Shown: piece after piece, positions 10,034 to 21,728 of the stretch | Numbering within the stretch: position 1 is the first letter of the stretch | Layout: every line of letters starts with the position of its first letter | Assembly (NCBI GenBank): GCA_034190045.1 | Contig: JAXHTI010000001.1 | Location: 2,658 to 66,657 of the forward strand | Length of the DNA: 64,000 bases | Direction: 5' to 3' | From: Pseudomonadota bacterium | GTDB lineage: Bacteria > Pseudomonadota > Gammaproteobacteria > UBA6429 > Thiohalophilaceae | The notes under the pieces: generated by a model | What the model was told of the DNA's origin: nothing | What the model saw: only the letters and a program-made list of their open reading frames with translations | Database searches by the model: none | Position numbers and translations under genes: made by a program

Positions 10034-10810
10034 ATGAGCAGTACAGCCCAGGACATAAGCAGTGAGGGACGGGACGGATACGTCAGTACGCCCCGTCATA
10101 TCGCTATTATTATGGATGGTAACGGCCGCTGGGCACAGAAACGGCATTTGCCGCGCTTTGCCGGTCATAAAGCCGGTGTCGAGGCAGTACGGGAAGTTGT
10201 CAAAGCCTGTGGTGAAAAGGGAGTCCAGGTACTGACCCTGTTTGCCTTTTCCAGCGAAAACTGGCGGCGTCCGCAAAAAGAAGTCGGGCTGTTGATGGAC
10301 CTTTTTCTCACAGCACTGGAGCACGAGGTCAATAAGTTACACAAAAACAAAGTGCAATTGCGCATTATCGGCGATACCAGCGCTTTCCCCGATAAAATCC
10401 GCCGGCGTATTGAACAGGCCGAAACGCTGACCGCCGGTAATCATCAACTGGTATTGAATATTGCGGCCAATTATGGCGGCAAATGGGATATTAGCCAGGC
10501 AGTACAACAGCTGGCCAACAAGGTCCAGCAGGGCGAACTGACGCCTGAGCAAATTGATGATGAGCAGATTGCCGCTCATCTCAGTATGCGTGATTTACCC
10601 GAACCGGACCTGTTTATCCGTACCGGTGGCGAACAACGCATCAGTAACTTTCTTATCTGGCAACTGGCCTATACCGAACTGTATTTCACCGATGTTCTGT
10701 GGCCGGATTTCGATCGTAATGAACTGGAAAAGGCACTGGCTTCTTTTGCCAATCGTCAGCGTCGTTTCGGTCGTACCGGTGAACAGGTGGAGCAGCTCAA
10801 ACATGCTTAA
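10034..10810 (+). CDS. uppS: Undecaprenyl diphosphate synthase
   Basis: HIAIIMDGNGRWA, FAFSSENWRRP, DLFIRTGGEQRISNF; ORF open from 10016. Confidence 0.96.
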   Translation: MSSTAQDISSEGRDGYVSTPRHIAIIMDGNGRWAQKRHLPRFAGHKAGVEAVREVVKACGEKGVQVLTLFAFSSENWRRPQKEVGLLMDLFLTALEHEVNKLHKNKVQLRIIGDTSAFPDKIRRRIEQAETLTAGNHQLVLNIAANYGGKWDISQAVQQLANKVQQGELTPEQIDDEQIAAHLSMRDLPEPDLFIRTGGEQRISNFLIWQLAYTELYFTDVLWPDFDRNELEKALASFANRQRRFGRTGEQVEQLKHA

Positions 10811-11633
10811 ACAGCGGGTAATAACCGCTCTGATCCTTGCGCCACTGCTGATCTGGGCGATCTTTTCCCTGCCTGAATCCGGCTTCATCGTACTGCTGCT
10901 GGCCATTTTCAGCATTGCAGCATGGGAGTGGGGCCGCCTGTCCGGATTGAAGCAACCCGGCTCCCGTCTGTTTTACGTTGTTATTCTGTTTGTGTTGATG
11001 GGGCTGGTCGGTTTTGTTTTTGACTCCTATCCATTACTGATTGATATCCTTTATCTTGTTGTTGGTGGCTTGTGGCTGCTTACCTTGCTAGGACTCTTTT
11101 ATTACCAGCATCATGAGGTAACGCGATCCGGTTTTAACGTGTTCAAGTTATTCGTGGGTATTGGGATTATCCTCGGACCATTTGTCGCGCTGCTGGTGCT
11201 GCGTCATCGGGATCCTTTTGGCCCGCAATGGGTGATGTATCTGCTGCTGCTGATCTGGATGGCGGATACGGGTGCCTATTTTGCCGGGCGCGCCTTTGGC
11301 AGGCACAAGCTTCTGTACAACGTGAGCCCTGGTAAAAGCTGGGAGGGCGTTGCTGGCGGTCTGCTGGGGTGCCTGATCCTCTCTGTGGCGGCCGGCTGGT
11401 GGTTTGAACTGGGCATGACACACTATGCAGGGTTTATCGTTATCAGCCTGATTGTTGTGCTGTTTTCTGTGGCGGGTGATCTGGTGGAAAGCCTGTTCAA
11501 ACGCCAGGCGGGAGTGAAAGACAGTGGTCATATCCTGCCGGGTCACGGCGGTGTACTCGATCGCATCGACAGTCTGACGGCTGCCGCTCCCGTATTTGTC
11601 AGTGGTCTGTACCTAGCGGGACTGATCGCATGA
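10803..11633 (+). CDS. cdsA: Phosphatidate cytidylyltransferase
   Basis: [10 protein letters not shown] start, [41 protein letters not shown]. Confidence 0.96.
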   Translation: MLKQRVITALILAPLLIWAIFSLPESGFIVLLLAIFSIAAWEWGRLSGLKQPGSRLFYVVILFVLMGLVGFVFDSYPLLIDILYLVVGGLWLLTLLGLFYYQHHEVTRSGFNVFKLFVGIGIILGPFVALLVLRHRDPFGPQWVMYLLLLIWMADTGAYFAGRAFGRHKLLYNVSPGKSWEGVAGGLLGCLILSVAAGWWFELGMTHYAGFIVISLIVVLFSVAGDLVESLFKRQAGVKDSGHILPGHGGVLDRIDSLTAAAPVFVSGLYLAGLIA

Positions 11634-12820
11634 AACAGGTCACCATACTGGGAGCCACAGGTTCGATTGGCCTGAGTACACTGGATGTTATTGCACGTCA
11701 TCCGGAGCAGTTTGGCGTATTTGCGCTGACAGCCAATACCCAGGTGGAACGTCTGTATCAGCAATGCCGGCAATATCGTCCTGTCTATGCCGTCATGTTT
11801 GATCCACAGGCGGCCGAACAGCTGCAACACAAACTGCAACAGGACGGTCTTGAGACAAAAGTCCTGGCAGGCCTTGAGGGACTGGTTGAAGTCGCCTCTC
11901 ACCCCGGTACCGATTATGTCATGGCCGCCATCGTCGGTGCGGCCGGACTTCAACCGACTCTGGCGGCCGCCCGCGCCGGCAAGCGGGTACTGCTGGCCAA
12001 CAAGGAAGCGCTGGTGATGTCGGGCAAGCTGTTCATGGATGCGATCAAGCAGAACGATGCACAACTGTTGCCGATCGACAGCGAGCACAATGCTATTTTC
12101 CAATGCCTGTCGGGTCAGCCGGCTGATAACGTACACAACCTGGGAGTCAGACGCATTCTGCTGACCGGTTCCGGTGGTCCGTTTAGACAGACGCCGTTAA
12201 ACCAGTTGCAAGCGGTGACTCCCGAACAGGCCGTGGCTCATCCCAACTGGGATATGGGGCAGAAGATTTCGGTTGATTCGGCCACCATGATGAATAAGGG
12301 CCTGGAGCTGATTGAAGCCTGCTGGTTATTCGATACAACACCGGATTTCATCCAGATCGTGGTCCATCCGCAAAGCGTGGTGCATTCCATGGTCGAATAT
12401 GACGACGGCTCGGTGCTGGCACAGATGGGGCAGCCCGATATGCGCACGCCGATTGCCCACGCCCTGGCCTGGCCGAAACGGATGGATTCTGGGGTTGCAC
12501 GCCTGAATCTGTTTGATGTCGCTCATCTCGATTTTGAATCGCCTGACTATGGACGTTTCCCCTGTCTGCAACTGGCGGAACAGGTTGCCCGTGAGGGCGG
12601 CACAACACCGGCAATTCTTAACGCCGCCAATGAAGTGGCGGTACAGGCCTTTTTAGATAAAGAGCTGGCTTTCCCGAGGATTGCCGCAGTGGTCGAATCG
12701 GTACTGGGTGTGATATCCGGACGCAATGCCGACGATCTGGAAACCATTCTGGACGATGATGAACAGGCCCGGTTGCGGGCTCGCGAGTTCATCGATCAGG
12801 CTCACAGCAAGGTGCAATAA
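11630..12820 (+). CDS. dxr: 1-deoxy-D-xylulose-5-phosphate reductoisomerase
   Basis: [46 protein letters not shown]. Confidence 0.98.
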   Translation: MKQVTILGATGSIGLSTLDVIARHPEQFGVFALTANTQVERLYQQCRQYRPVYAVMFDPQAAEQLQHKLQQDGLETKVLAGLEGLVEVASHPGTDYVMAAIVGAAGLQPTLAAARAGKRVLLANKEALVMSGKLFMDAIKQNDAQLLPIDSEHNAIFQCLSGQPADNVHNLGVRRILLTGSGGPFRQTPLNQLQAVTPEQAVAHPNWDMGQKISVDSATMMNKGLELIEACWLFDTTPDFIQIVVHPQSVVHSMVEYDDGSVLAQMGQPDMRTPIAHALAWPKRMDSGVARLNLFDVAHLDFESPDYGRFPCLQLAEQVAREGGTTPAILNAANEVAVQAFLDKELAFPRIAAVVESVLGVISGRNADDLETILDDDEQARLRAREFIDQAHSKVQ

Positions 12821-14187
12821 TGCTGGAGTTTGCCTATTTCACACTGGCATTTCTGGTGGCGATCAGTATCTTGATTGCCGTGCATGAATTTGGCCATTTC
12901 TGGGTGGCAAAAAAGCTTGGCGTCAAGGTTTTGCGCTATTCGATCGGATTCGGGCGACCTATCTGGCGTACAGTGCGTGGCCCGGACAGAACTGAATATG
13001 TTATCGCAGCCTTGCCGCTGGGCGGTTATGTCCAGATGCTGGATGAAAAAGACGGCGAGGTGAAAGAGGCGGAAAAACCGCGCGCTTTCAATCGTCAACC
13101 GGTATGGAAGCGTTTTGCCATTGTTGCCGCCGGGCCGGCATTCAATTTCCTGTTTGCAATCGTGGCATTCTGGCTGATGTTTGTCATTGGCACCAATGCA
13201 CTTAAACCGGTTATTGGTGAGGTCGCCGAAAATTCACCGGCCGCCGTTGCCGGTTTACAACCCGAGCAGGAAATTATCGCGATTAATGATGAACCGACCC
13301 CGGTCTGGGAAGTGGCCATGGGACGACTGCTACCGGCGGTGGTTGATCGCGAATCGATCAGTCTGACGTTGCGTAATCCGTCCGGTTCAGTATCACAGCA
13401 CCAGTTGCCGCTGAACCGGATTGATGGCGAACTGGATCCGGATAATCTGTTTGAACTGATTGGTTTTGAACCCTGGCGTCCGCGGGTTGAGGCACAGGTT
13501 GGCCAGATTCTGGAAGATTCCCCGGCGGAGCAGGCCGGCTTGCAAAAAGGGGATCGAATACTGGCGATTGATGACAGACAGATCGAGCTGTTTACCGATA
13601 TGTCGGATTATGTACGACAAAGGCCCGGTGTTCCGCTGGAATTCAGGGTTGCCCGAGGCGATTCGGTTCTGAATATGACAATTACACCACGGGCAATTGA
13701 ACGTGAAGGCAAGACAGTCGGGCAACTTGGCATCGGTGCACTGAATCCCGGAAACATTCCGGATGATATGGTTGTCTATTATGACTACTCCCTGGCCGGT
13801 GCAGTGGGGAAGGCAATTACACAAACCGGTGATATGACCATGTTAACCCTCAAGATGCTGGGTAAACTGGTCACGGGTGAAGTGTCTGTCAAAAATCTCA
13901 GCGGGCCGATTAATATTGCACGTCATGCCGGCCTGTCGGCGAGTGCAGGAATAAACCGGTTTTTGAATTTTCTGGCAATTGTCAGTATCAGCCTGGGAAT
14001 ATTAAATCTGCTGCCGATTCCGATTCTCGATGGGGGACATTTGCTTTTTTATATTGTCGAAATTTTCAAAGGTAGCCCCGTCTCAGAACAGACCGAGCTG
14101 ACCGGGAGAATGATTGGTATATTTCTGCTCGTCATGCTCATGGGGCTGGCATTTTATAACGATATAATGCGATTGGTTGGAAACTAG
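12820..14187 (+). CDS. rseP: RIP metalloprotease RseP
   Basis: HEFGH zinc motif, two PDZ domains, NLLPIPILDGGH. Confidence 0.96.
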   Translation: MLEFAYFTLAFLVAISILIAVHEFGHFWVAKKLGVKVLRYSIGFGRPIWRTVRGPDRTEYVIAALPLGGYVQMLDEKDGEVKEAEKPRAFNRQPVWKRFAIVAAGPAFNFLFAIVAFWLMFVIGTNALKPVIGEVAENSPAAVAGLQPEQEIIAINDEPTPVWEVAMGRLLPAVVDRESISLTLRNPSGSVSQHQLPLNRIDGELDPDNLFELIGFEPWRPRVEAQVGQILEDSPAEQAGLQKGDRILAIDDRQIELFTDMSDYVRQRPGVPLEFRVARGDSVLNMTITPRAIEREGKTVGQLGIGALNPGNIPDDMVVYYDYSLAGAVGKAITQTGDMTMLTLKMLGKLVTGEVSVKNLSGPINIARHAGLSASAGINRFLNFLAIVSISLGILNLLPIPILDGGHLLFYIVEIFKGSPVSEQTELTGRMIGIFLLVMLMGLAFYNDIMRLVGN

Positions 14188-14193
14188 ATCCGA

Positions 14194-16479
14194 ATGACGT
14201 TTTTAAAAACAAAAAGTTTCATCGCACTTCTTATCCTCTGTTTTGCGTTGCCTGCACGTGCCTTCGAGCCGTTTGTGATTCGAGATATCCGCCTCGAGGG
14301 CCTGCAACGTATCTCTGCCGGCACCGTGTTCAATTACCTGCCTCTCAAGGCAGGTGACAGGCTGGATCCCGAGCTGAGTAGTCGTGCAATCCATGATCTT
14401 TACCAAACCGGATTTTTCAAGGATGTCAAACTTGAACGCGAAGGCGATGTCCTGGTTGTATTCGTCGCCGAACGCCCTGCGATCGCTGATATCCGTATCG
14501 AAGGTAATGACAGTATTCCTGATGAACAGCTGGAATCCTCGTTGCAACAAATCGGATTGGTCCGTGGTCAGGTTCTGGATCGTTCCACTCTCGACAAAGT
14601 GGCACAGGAGCTGGAACGCCAATATTACGGCCAGGGAAAATACGGGGTGGAAATTGAAACCGTTACCACGCCACTTGAGCGCAATCGTGTTGATGTTGAG
14701 ATCAATATTGCCGAAGGTGTTGCTGCAGAGATTTTTTCAGTCAATATCGTCGGTAATGAAGCCTTTGATGATGAAGAATTGCTAAAAAACATCTCTCTTG
14801 CTGACAGTTCGATGTTCGGCCGGGAGAAATATTCTCGCCAGGTGTTCAGCGGCGATCTTGAGGCGCTGCGCTCTTATTATCTGGATCGTGGTTATATTAA
14901 TTTCAATACAGATTCAAGTCAGGTTTCGCTGACGCCTGACAAGCAGGAAGTCTATATTACAGTCAACATCACTGAAGGTGAGCAGTATACGGTCAGTGAT
15001 ATCAAGGTTAGCGGCGACACGATTATTCCTCTGGATGAAGTCAAAGACCTGATTACGCTCAAGGTCGACGAAATCTATTCGCACAAGAAGAGTGTCGAAA
15101 CGACTAATAATATCAGTGACAGGCTGGCAGCCAGAGGCTATGCCTTTGCCAATGTTAACCTGATCCCTGAACTGGACAAGGATTCTAAAACCGTTGCGCT
15201 GACTTTGTCAGTGGATCCGGGGCGACGAGTCTATGTGCGTCGAATCAATATTACCGGTAATACCAAGACACGTGACGAAGTGATTCGCCGTGAATTGCGT
15301 CAGCACGAAGGGGACTGGCTGTCTACAGAGAAAGTGTCATTGTCACGCACACGTCTTGATCGACTGGGATTCTTCGAACAGGTCTCGGTTGAAACACCGG
15401 CGGTCAGCGGTACCAGTGATCAGGTTGATGTTAATTTTAACGTCAAGGAACGTCCGACCGGATCTCTAACTGCAGGTATCGGTTATTCGGATACCCAGGG
15501 CGCCTTGATTAATTTTGGCCTCAGTCAGGAAAACTTTCTTGGCACCGGCAAGCGGCTGGGTCTGAATCTGAATAATAGCGATGTCACCAAATATTATAAT
15601 CTGAGCTACATGAATCCCTATTACACGGATGACGGAGTCAGCCGCGGCTTTAACGTATTCTGGCGAGAGGTCAATGCGGAAGAAGCGCAACTGACCCGTT
15701 TTACAACCAATACGAAAGGGGCTTCAATGAATTACGGGGTTCCTTTGTCGGAAATCACCCGGGCGAATTTCAGTATCGGTTATGAGAATACCGAGATCGT
15801 GCCTGGCGCCAATGTAGCACAGGAAATACTTGATTTTATTGATGAAAATGGTAGTGTCTATGATAATTACGAGGTCTCGTTGGGCTGGCGGCGGGATAGC
15901 CGCAACCGGGCGATTCTGGCGGATTCCGGTTCTGTGACTTCTGTCAACGTGACCTCGGCGATTCCGGGCAGCAATCTGGAATATTATAAAATTGATACCC
16001 GGTTCCAGAAATATTTCGGTCTGACCGAGAATATTACCCTGTCCACCGAGCTCAACCTTGGCTATGGTGACAGTTTCGGGGATACCAGCTTTGATGGTCT
16101 GCCGCCGTATATGCGCTATTATGCCGGTGGCAGCCGTACGGTAAGGGGTTATGATAGTAATAGTTTGGGACCCAGAGACGCTGTCACTAACGATCCGCTC
16201 GGGGGGAGTAAACGGGTCGTTGCCAATCTGGAGTTGATCTTGCCCAATATCTTTGCCGAGCAGAGCAATTCCACCCGGATCGCGGCCTTTTTTGATGCAG
16301 GTAATGTTTTCGCCGCGGATCAGAGTGTGGATGTGAATGAATTGCGCACTTCGGCAGGCTTGGCATTTATGTGGCTGGCGCCGATTGGGACATTGCGGTT
16401 CAGCTATGCCATGCCGCTGAATGACGAACCGGGCGATGATACACAGAATTTCCAGTTCACCATGGGTTCGGACTTCTAG
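14194..16479 (+). CDS. bamA: Outer-membrane protein assembly factor BamA
   Basis: POTRA repeats ([23 protein letters not shown]), VRGY motif, C-terminal FQFTMG. Confidence 0.97.
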   Translation: MTFLKTKSFIALLILCFALPARAFEPFVIRDIRLEGLQRISAGTVFNYLPLKAGDRLDPELSSRAIHDLYQTGFFKDVKLEREGDVLVVFVAERPAIADIRIEGNDSIPDEQLESSLQQIGLVRGQVLDRSTLDKVAQELERQYYGQGKYGVEIETVTTPLERNRVDVEINIAEGVAAEIFSVNIVGNEAFDDEELLKNISLADSSMFGREKYSRQVFSGDLEALRSYYLDRGYINFNTDSSQVSLTPDKQEVYITVNITEGEQYTVSDIKVSGDTIIPLDEVKDLITLKVDEIYSHKKSVETTNNISDRLAARGYAFANVNLIPELDKDSKTVALTLSVDPGRRVYVRRINITGNTKTRDEVIRRELRQHEGDWLSTEKVSLSRTRLDRLGFFEQVSVETPAVSGTSDQVDVNFNVKERPTGSLTAGIGYSDTQGALINFGLSQENFLGTGKRLGLNLNNSDVTKYYNLSYMNPYYTDDGVSRGFNVFWREVNAEEAQLTRFTTNTKGASMNYGVPLSEITRANFSIGYENTEIVPGANVAQEILDFIDENGSVYDNYEVSLGWRRDSRNRAILADSGSVTSVNVTSAIPGSNLEYYKIDTRFQKYFGLTENITLSTELNLGYGDSFGDTSFDGLPPYMRYYAGGSRTVRGYDSNSLGPRDAVTNDPLGGSKRVVANLELILPNIFAEQSNSTRIAAFFDAGNVFAADQSVDVNELRTSAGLAFMWLAPIGTLRFSYAMPLNDEPGDDTQNFQFTMGSDF

Positions 16480-16505
16480 AATTGATAATACGCGGGGTAA
16501 TTACA

Positions 16506-17042
16506 TTGCGTAAAACCTGGTTACATTATTTTTTACTGGCTTTGATTCTTCTGCCGACTGTGTCCGCCGTTCAGGCAGAGACACGTATTGGCTTTGTTAA
16601 TATCTCCCAGGTTCTTAAAAAGGCGCCTCAGGCGGATGCCGCGCGCAAGAAACTGGAAAATGAGTTCGCGCCTCGTGATGAGAAAATCGTTGCCATGCAG
16701 AAAAAACTCAAGCAGCTTGAAGAAGAGCTGGCCAGAGACGCGGATATTATGAGCGACGAGGTTCGCAAGAAAAAAGAGCGGAAAATAGTACTCGAGAAGC
16801 GTGAAATAGAGCGTACCCGAGAAGAATTTAATGAGGATCTCAATATCCGTCGTAATGATGAACTGAACAGGCTGCAAAAGCTGGTTTACGACACAATCGT
16901 TACCCTGGCAAAAGATAAAAATTACGATCTTGTCGTGGGGGATAATGTTATCTATGCCGCAGAATCAGTTGATCTGAGTGAACAGGTCCTGGAACGATTA
17001 AATGCGCAGTATAATCCGAACCAAAGCAACGCCCAGAACTGA
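16506..17042 (+). CDS. skp: Periplasmic chaperone Skp/OmpH
   Basis: Signal peptide, [10 protein letters not shown], coiled coil, YDLVV; position between bamA and lpxD; start uncertain (ORF open from 16482). Confidence 0.9.
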   Translation: MRKTWLHYFLLALILLPTVSAVQAETRIGFVNISQVLKKAPQADAARKKLENEFAPRDEKIVAMQKKLKQLEEELARDADIMSDEVRKKKERKIVLEKREIERTREEFNEDLNIRRNDELNRLQKLVYDTIVTLAKDKNYDLVVGDNVIYAAESVDLSEQVLERLNAQYNPNQSNAQN

Positions 17043-17053
17043 CGGACGAGATT

Positions 17054-18070
17054 GTGAAGTATACCCTGCAAGAGCTGGCTGATCATACAGGAGGGCAGGT
17101 TGCTGGTGATCCAAAAACTGTTATAGAACGTGTCGCGACGCTGACCCGTGCCAGTTCCGGTGCAATCACGTTCCTGACCAGCGCCACCTATAGACAGTAC
17201 CTGGCAAATACTTCGGCTTCTGCCGTGATTCTCCGGCAGGCGGATGCGGAACACTGTCCTGTTAATGCCCTGATTGTTGATAACCCACATGCGGCGTATG
17301 CCAGAGTTGCTACTTTACTATACCCCCCTGTTACACCCGCATTGGGTATTCATCCATCCGCTGTCGTCGAGGCATCGGCGACTGTTCCGAAATCCGCCTC
17401 CATTGGCGCCAATTGTTATATTGGACCTGGCGTATGCCTGGGTGAAGATGTTTCGATTGGCGCAGGCTGCGTTATCGAATCCGGGGTTTATATCGGAACG
17501 AACAGCCATCTGGCCGCGAACGTGACCGTTTTGCATGAATGTCAGATTGGTCAGCAGGCGGTGATCCATTCCGGTGTCGTCATCGGTGGCGATGGATTTG
17601 GCCAGGCCAATGATCAGGGAGTCTGGTTGAAAATTCCCCAGATTGGACGGGTCATTATCGGGGATGACGTCGAAATCGGCGCCAACACCACAATTGACCG
17701 GGGCGCGATTGAAGACACAGTCATTGGCGACAACGTCAAACTCGATAATCTGATTCAGGTGGCGCATAATGTGCATCTTGGTGCCCACACAGTCGTGGCC
17801 GCCGGTACCGGGATCGCCGGGAGCGCCCGAATTGGGAAGCACTGCACAATTGCCGGCATGGTAGGTATTGCCGGTCATATCGAAATTGCCGACAATGTCA
17901 CAATTACGGCAATGTCAATAGTGTCCCATTCTATCCGGGAGCCGGGTATCTATTCTTCCGGCACGACACTGGAACCGAACAAGCTATGGCGCAAAAATGC
18001 CGTCAGATTCAAACAGTTGGACGAGATGGCAAAGCGTATTAAAACACTGGAATCCCGGCAGGGAAAATAA
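17054..18070 (+). CDS. lpxD: UDP-3-O-acylglucosamine N-acyltransferase
   Basis: Hexapeptide repeats, [30 protein letters not shown]. Confidence 0.97.
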   Translation: MKYTLQELADHTGGQVAGDPKTVIERVATLTRASSGAITFLTSATYRQYLANTSASAVILRQADAEHCPVNALIVDNPHAAYARVATLLYPPVTPALGIHPSAVVEASATVPKSASIGANCYIGPGVCLGEDVSIGAGCVIESGVYIGTNSHLAANVTVLHECQIGQQAVIHSGVVIGGDGFGQANDQGVWLKIPQIGRVIIGDDVEIGANTTIDRGAIEDTVIGDNVKLDNLIQVAHNVHLGAHTVVAAGTGIAGSARIGKHCTIAGMVGIAGHIEIADNVTITAMSIVSHSIREPGIYSSGTTLEPNKLWRKNAVRFKQLDEMAKRIKTLESRQGK

Positions 18071-18095
18071 GACACCGTTATTTGAGGATTGAATT

Positions 18096-18542
18096 TTGGT
18101 CGCGTTGAATATCTATGAAATTCTTGAGCATTTGCCGCATCGCTACCCGTTTCTGCTGATCGACAAGGTGCTGGAGTGTGAACCGGGCAAGTCCCTGGTG
18201 GGCATCAAAAACGTAACTCATAATGAACCGTATTTTATCGGACATTTCCCGACCCGGCCGATTATGCCGGGCGTGCTGATTCTGGAGGCGCTGGCCCAGG
18301 CGACTGGTATTCTGGCTTTCCAGACAGTGGGTCGAAAACCGGATGGTACCTCGCTCTATTACTTCGTTGGCATTGATAATGCTCGCTTCAAACAGCCGGT
18401 CATCCCTGGTGACCAGCTGCGTCTCGAGGTGGAGTACACTCGCCAGATGCGCGGTATCTGGAAGTTCGATGGTCGCGCGAAAGTTGACGACAAGGTGGTG
18501 TGCAGCGCGGAACTGATGTGTGCTGAACGTGAGGTAGAATGA
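18096..18542 (+). CDS. fabZ: 3-hydroxyacyl-ACP dehydratase
   Basis: [32 protein letters not shown]. Confidence 0.97.
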   Translation: MVALNIYEILEHLPHRYPFLLIDKVLECEPGKSLVGIKNVTHNEPYFIGHFPTRPIMPGVLILEALAQATGILAFQTVGRKPDGTSLYYFVGIDNARFKQPVIPGDQLRLEVEYTRQMRGIWKFDGRAKVDDKVVCSAELMCAEREVE

Positions 18543-19312
18543 GTATTGATCAGCGTGCCATCATCGATCCTGCGGCACAGATTGCCGATGACGCCAGTAT
18601 CGGTGCGTTCAGCATTATCGGGCCGGACGTCGAAATCGGCGCCGGAACGGTAATCGGGCCACATGTTGTAATCAATGGTCCAACCCGCATCGGGCGCAAT
18701 AATCATTTTTTTCAGTTCAGTTCAATCGGCGAAATACCCCAGGACAAAAAATATCACGGTGAAAACTCCCGCTTGGAGATTGGTGATGACAACACCATCC
18801 GCGAGTTTGTCACTATTAACCGGGGAACCGACGATGGCGGTGGTGTTACCCGGATTGGTAACAATAACTGGTTAATGGCCTATATTCACATTGCTCACGA
18901 CTGTCTGGTGGGCAATAACACCACCTTCGCAAACGGTGCCTCGCTTGCCGGTCATGTTGAGGTCGACGATAACGTCATTCTCGGTGGTTTCACCCTGATG
19001 CACCAGTTTACCAAGATCGGTAATCATGCCTTTTGCGGTATGGGCAGCACCATCAGCAAAGATATTCCCCCTTATGTCATGGTCAGCGGGAACCCGGCCA
19101 GTCCCTATGGGATAAACAGCGAAGGCCTCAAGCGCCATGAATACAGCAAGGAAGCGATCAAGGCCATCAAGGACGCTTACAAGATTATCTACCGTTCCGG
19201 CCATACCAGCGACGAAGCCCGGCAATACCTCAAACCCCTGGCCGAACAACACCCCGAAGTCCAACCCATGCTCGACTTCCTCAACCGCTCCCAGCGCGGT
19301 ATCCTTAGATAG
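18539..19312 (+). CDS. lpxA: UDP-N-acetylglucosamine (or GlcNAc3N) acyltransferase
   Basis: Hexapeptide repeats, PQDKKY, HIAHDC, LAGHV. Confidence 0.97.
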   Translation: MSIDQRAIIDPAAQIADDASIGAFSIIGPDVEIGAGTVIGPHVVINGPTRIGRNNHFFQFSSIGEIPQDKKYHGENSRLEIGDDNTIREFVTINRGTDDGGGVTRIGNNNWLMAYIHIAHDCLVGNNTTFANGASLAGHVEVDDNVILGGFTLMHQFTKIGNHAFCGMGSTISKDIPPYVMVSGNPASPYGINSEGLKRHEYSKEAIKAIKDAYKIIYRSGHTSDEARQYLKPLAEQHPEVQPMLDFLNRSQRGILR

Positions 19313-19324
19313 AGTGGTGGAAGG

Positions 19325-19446
19325 AACGCAGAGGGTATGACAATGTTGAATTTTGAATGTTAAATTTTGAATTAATAAAGAATTCATAATTCAAAACTCA
19401 AAATTATTCAGCTTTGCGTTCTTTGCGTCTCCGCGTCCTCTGCGTT
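19325..19446. repeat. Nested periodic palindrome: 9-mer outer arms enclosing 7-mer inner arms
   Basis: Outer AACGCAGAGG ... CCTCTGCGTT; inner AATGTTG/AATTTTG units facing ATTCATA/ATTCAAA units. Confidence 0.85.
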
Positions 19447-19460
19447 GATGATCAGAAAAT

Positions 19461-20594
19461 TTAATCAGTGAGCATTTTGACGGTAACGGTGGCGATGTCG
19501 GTGATGTGGCTGTCGTCTTCCAGTTTTTGGCGTACTTCTTCCTGCCCCTGTTTGATTTCTTTTCGGTAATCCTGGTCTTCCAGCAGGCGTGTGAGCTCCG
19601 TTGCGATTGCTTGCGGCGTGGCGTCGTTTTGTATCAGCTCGGCGACGATTCGGCGCTGGGCGACGATGTTGCACAGGGCCAGATGATCGATCTTGAGCAT
19701 ACGTTTGACGATGTGATAGGTCAGCCAGGCTACCCGGTTGATGACGACCATGGGAATGCCCATCAAGGCAATTTCCAGAGTTACCGTACCGGAGACGGTG
19801 ACGATCGCGTCGCTGGCCTGCATGGCGTCATAAGGTCGATGTTCTATATAGTGGATATCCAGTTCATGTTCCGGCATGCTGTCGCGGATCAATGCCGGGT
19901 TAAGCGTTGAAGCGATAGGCAGAACAAACTGGAGTTCCGGTCGCTGTTGCTGTAACAGGCGGGCCGTATCGATTATGACCGGTAACAGTCGTTTGATTTC
20001 ACTGCGCCGACTACCGGGGAACAGGCCGATGACTGGCCGGCCCGGATCCAGCCCGAATTCACGTAATAAAGTATCACGATCGGCGCTGGCTTTGACTTCG
20101 TGGGCGAGGGGATGTCCGACATAGGTGACCGGTACACCGTGGCGGGCATAAAAGTCCACTTCAAAAGGAAATACAACGGCCATTTTGTCGACCAGTTGCT
20201 GGATTTTCTTCACGCGCCCCTGACGCCATGCCCATATCTGCGGGCTTATGTAATACAGCACCCTTACACCACATTCTTTGGCGGTGCGTGCCAGGCGCAG
20301 GTTGAATTCGGGATAATCGGTCAGAATCAGCAGGTCCGGCGGGTCGCTGCGCAGAATATCGCGCATCCGGTTGAGTGCGCCGAAGATGACCTTGCGATGG
20401 GCGAAGACTTCAATCAGCCCCACGACAGCCAGCTCGGAAGACTCCACCAGAATCTCCACGCCGGCCTTGCGCATGGCACTGCCCCCGATACCGAAAAACC
20501 GGGTATCCGGGCGTTGCTGTTTAACACCCTCGACCAGCTTGGCGGCATGGAGATCACCCGAGGCCTCTCCGGCTATGATCATGACCCGTTTCAA
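19461..20594 (-). CDS. lpxB: Lipid-A-disaccharide synthase
   Basis: IIAGEASGDLH, DYPEFN, YYISPQIWAWR, VGHPL, LFPGSR, SGTVTLE. Confidence 0.97.
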   Translation of the reverse strand: MKRVMIIAGEASGDLHAAKLVEGVKQQRPDTRFFGIGGSAMRKAGVEILVESSELAVVGLIEVFAHRKVIFGALNRMRDILRSDPPDLLILTDYPEFNLRLARTAKECGVRVLYYISPQIWAWRQGRVKKIQQLVDKMAVVFPFEVDFYARHGVPVTYVGHPLAHEVKASADRDTLLREFGLDPGRPVIGLFPGSRRSEIKRLLPVIIDTARLLQQQRPELQFVLPIASTLNPALIRDSMPEHELDIHYIEHRPYDAMQASDAIVTVSGTVTLEIALMGIPMVVINRVAWLTYHIVKRMLKIDHLALCNIVAQRRIVAELIQNDATPQAIATELTRLLEDQDYRKEIKQGQEEVRQKLEDDSHITDIATVTVKMLTD

Positions 20595-20604
20595 TGCGCG
20601 ACTC

Positions 20605-21693
20605 TCAGACTGACTGGATAACGTCGATGATCTGGTCGATCTGATTGTCTTTTAGTTCCGGGTAGATCGGCAAGGATATGCATCGGGAAGCGACCTGTTC
20701 GGTGACCGGTAATTTGACGTCCTTGCAGATATCGGCAAAGACTTTTTGCTGATGCAGGGGGACCGGGTAATAAATTGCCGAGGCAATCTCGTTATCAGCC
20801 AGTTTTTTCATTACCACATCGCGCTGGTCAGTCAGCACGGTATATTGATGATAGACATGAGTACCTTTGCCATCCTCGTGTGGCGGCGTTACCACGCTAC
20901 CGGCCAGGCCTTTTGTATAACGGTGTGCGACACGACGGCGTTCCTGGTTGTACTTCGGCAGGTGCTTGAGTTTGGCGCGCAATACCACCGCCTGCAGTTC
21001 GTCAAGGCGGCTGTTGTAGCCGACAACATCGTGATAATAGCGTTCCTTGCTGCCATGGTTGCGCAGCATGAGCAACATGTCGGCCAGGGTATTGTCATTG
21101 GTGGTGATCATGCCACCATCGCCGTAACACCCGAGATTCTTGCTGGGGAAAAAACTGTGCGCGCCGGCCAGACCAATACCACCGGTCATTGTGCCTTCAA
21201 TATCGGCGCCAAAGGACTGGGCACAATCTTCGATGACCTTCAGGTTATGCTTGTTCGCCAGTGCCATGATGGCATTCATGTCAGCCGGCTGGCCAAACAG
21301 GTGTACCGGCAAAATAGCACGTGTCCTGTCGCTAATGGCTGCTTCGACAAGTTCAGGGTCCAGGTTATAGGTATCCGGACGAATATCCACATAGACCGGA
21401 ATAGCGCCGACATAGCGAATCGCTTCGGCCGTTGCAATGAAGGTAAAAGCGGAGGTAATAACCTCGTCACCCTCACCAATGCCGGCAGCGACCAGTGACA
21501 GGTGCAGGGCATCGGTGCCGGAGGCGCAGCTGATGGCATGTTTGACACCCAGATAATCCGCGGCATCGGCCTCGAAGCCTTTAACATTCGGTCCGAGAAT
21601 AAAGCTGGTTTTTTCAAATGTTTCGGCAAAACCCTGCTCGATTTCAGCTTTTAGGGTCTGGTATTGCTGTTTCAGGTCAACCATCGGGATCAT
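20605..21693 (-). CDS. gnnB: DegT/DnrJ/EryC1/StrS PLP aminotransferase, GnnB-like
   Basis: SGTDALHL, IEDCAQSFGA, SFFPSKNLGCYGDGG, GYNSRLDELQA; lies between a Gfo/Idh/MocA gene and lpxB. Confidence 0.8.
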   Translation of the reverse strand: MIPMVDLKQQYQTLKAEIEQGFAETFEKTSFILGPNVKGFEADAADYLGVKHAISCASGTDALHLSLVAAGIGEGDEVITSAFTFIATAEAIRYVGAIPVYVDIRPDTYNLDPELVEAAISDRTRAILPVHLFGQPADMNAIMALANKHNLKVIEDCAQSFGADIEGTMTGGIGLAGAHSFFPSKNLGCYGDGGMITTNDNTLADMLLMLRNHGSKERYYHDVVGYNSRLDELQAVVLRAKLKHLPKYNQERRRVAHRYTKGLAGSVVTPPHEDGKGTHVYHQYTVLTDQRDVVMKKLADNEIASAIYYPVPLHQQKVFADICKDVKLPVTEQVASRCISLPIYPELKDNQIDQIIDVIQSV

Positions 21694-21728
21694 GTAAGGA
21701 TTACCTCAATTCGTGCGGTTGGGAACGA

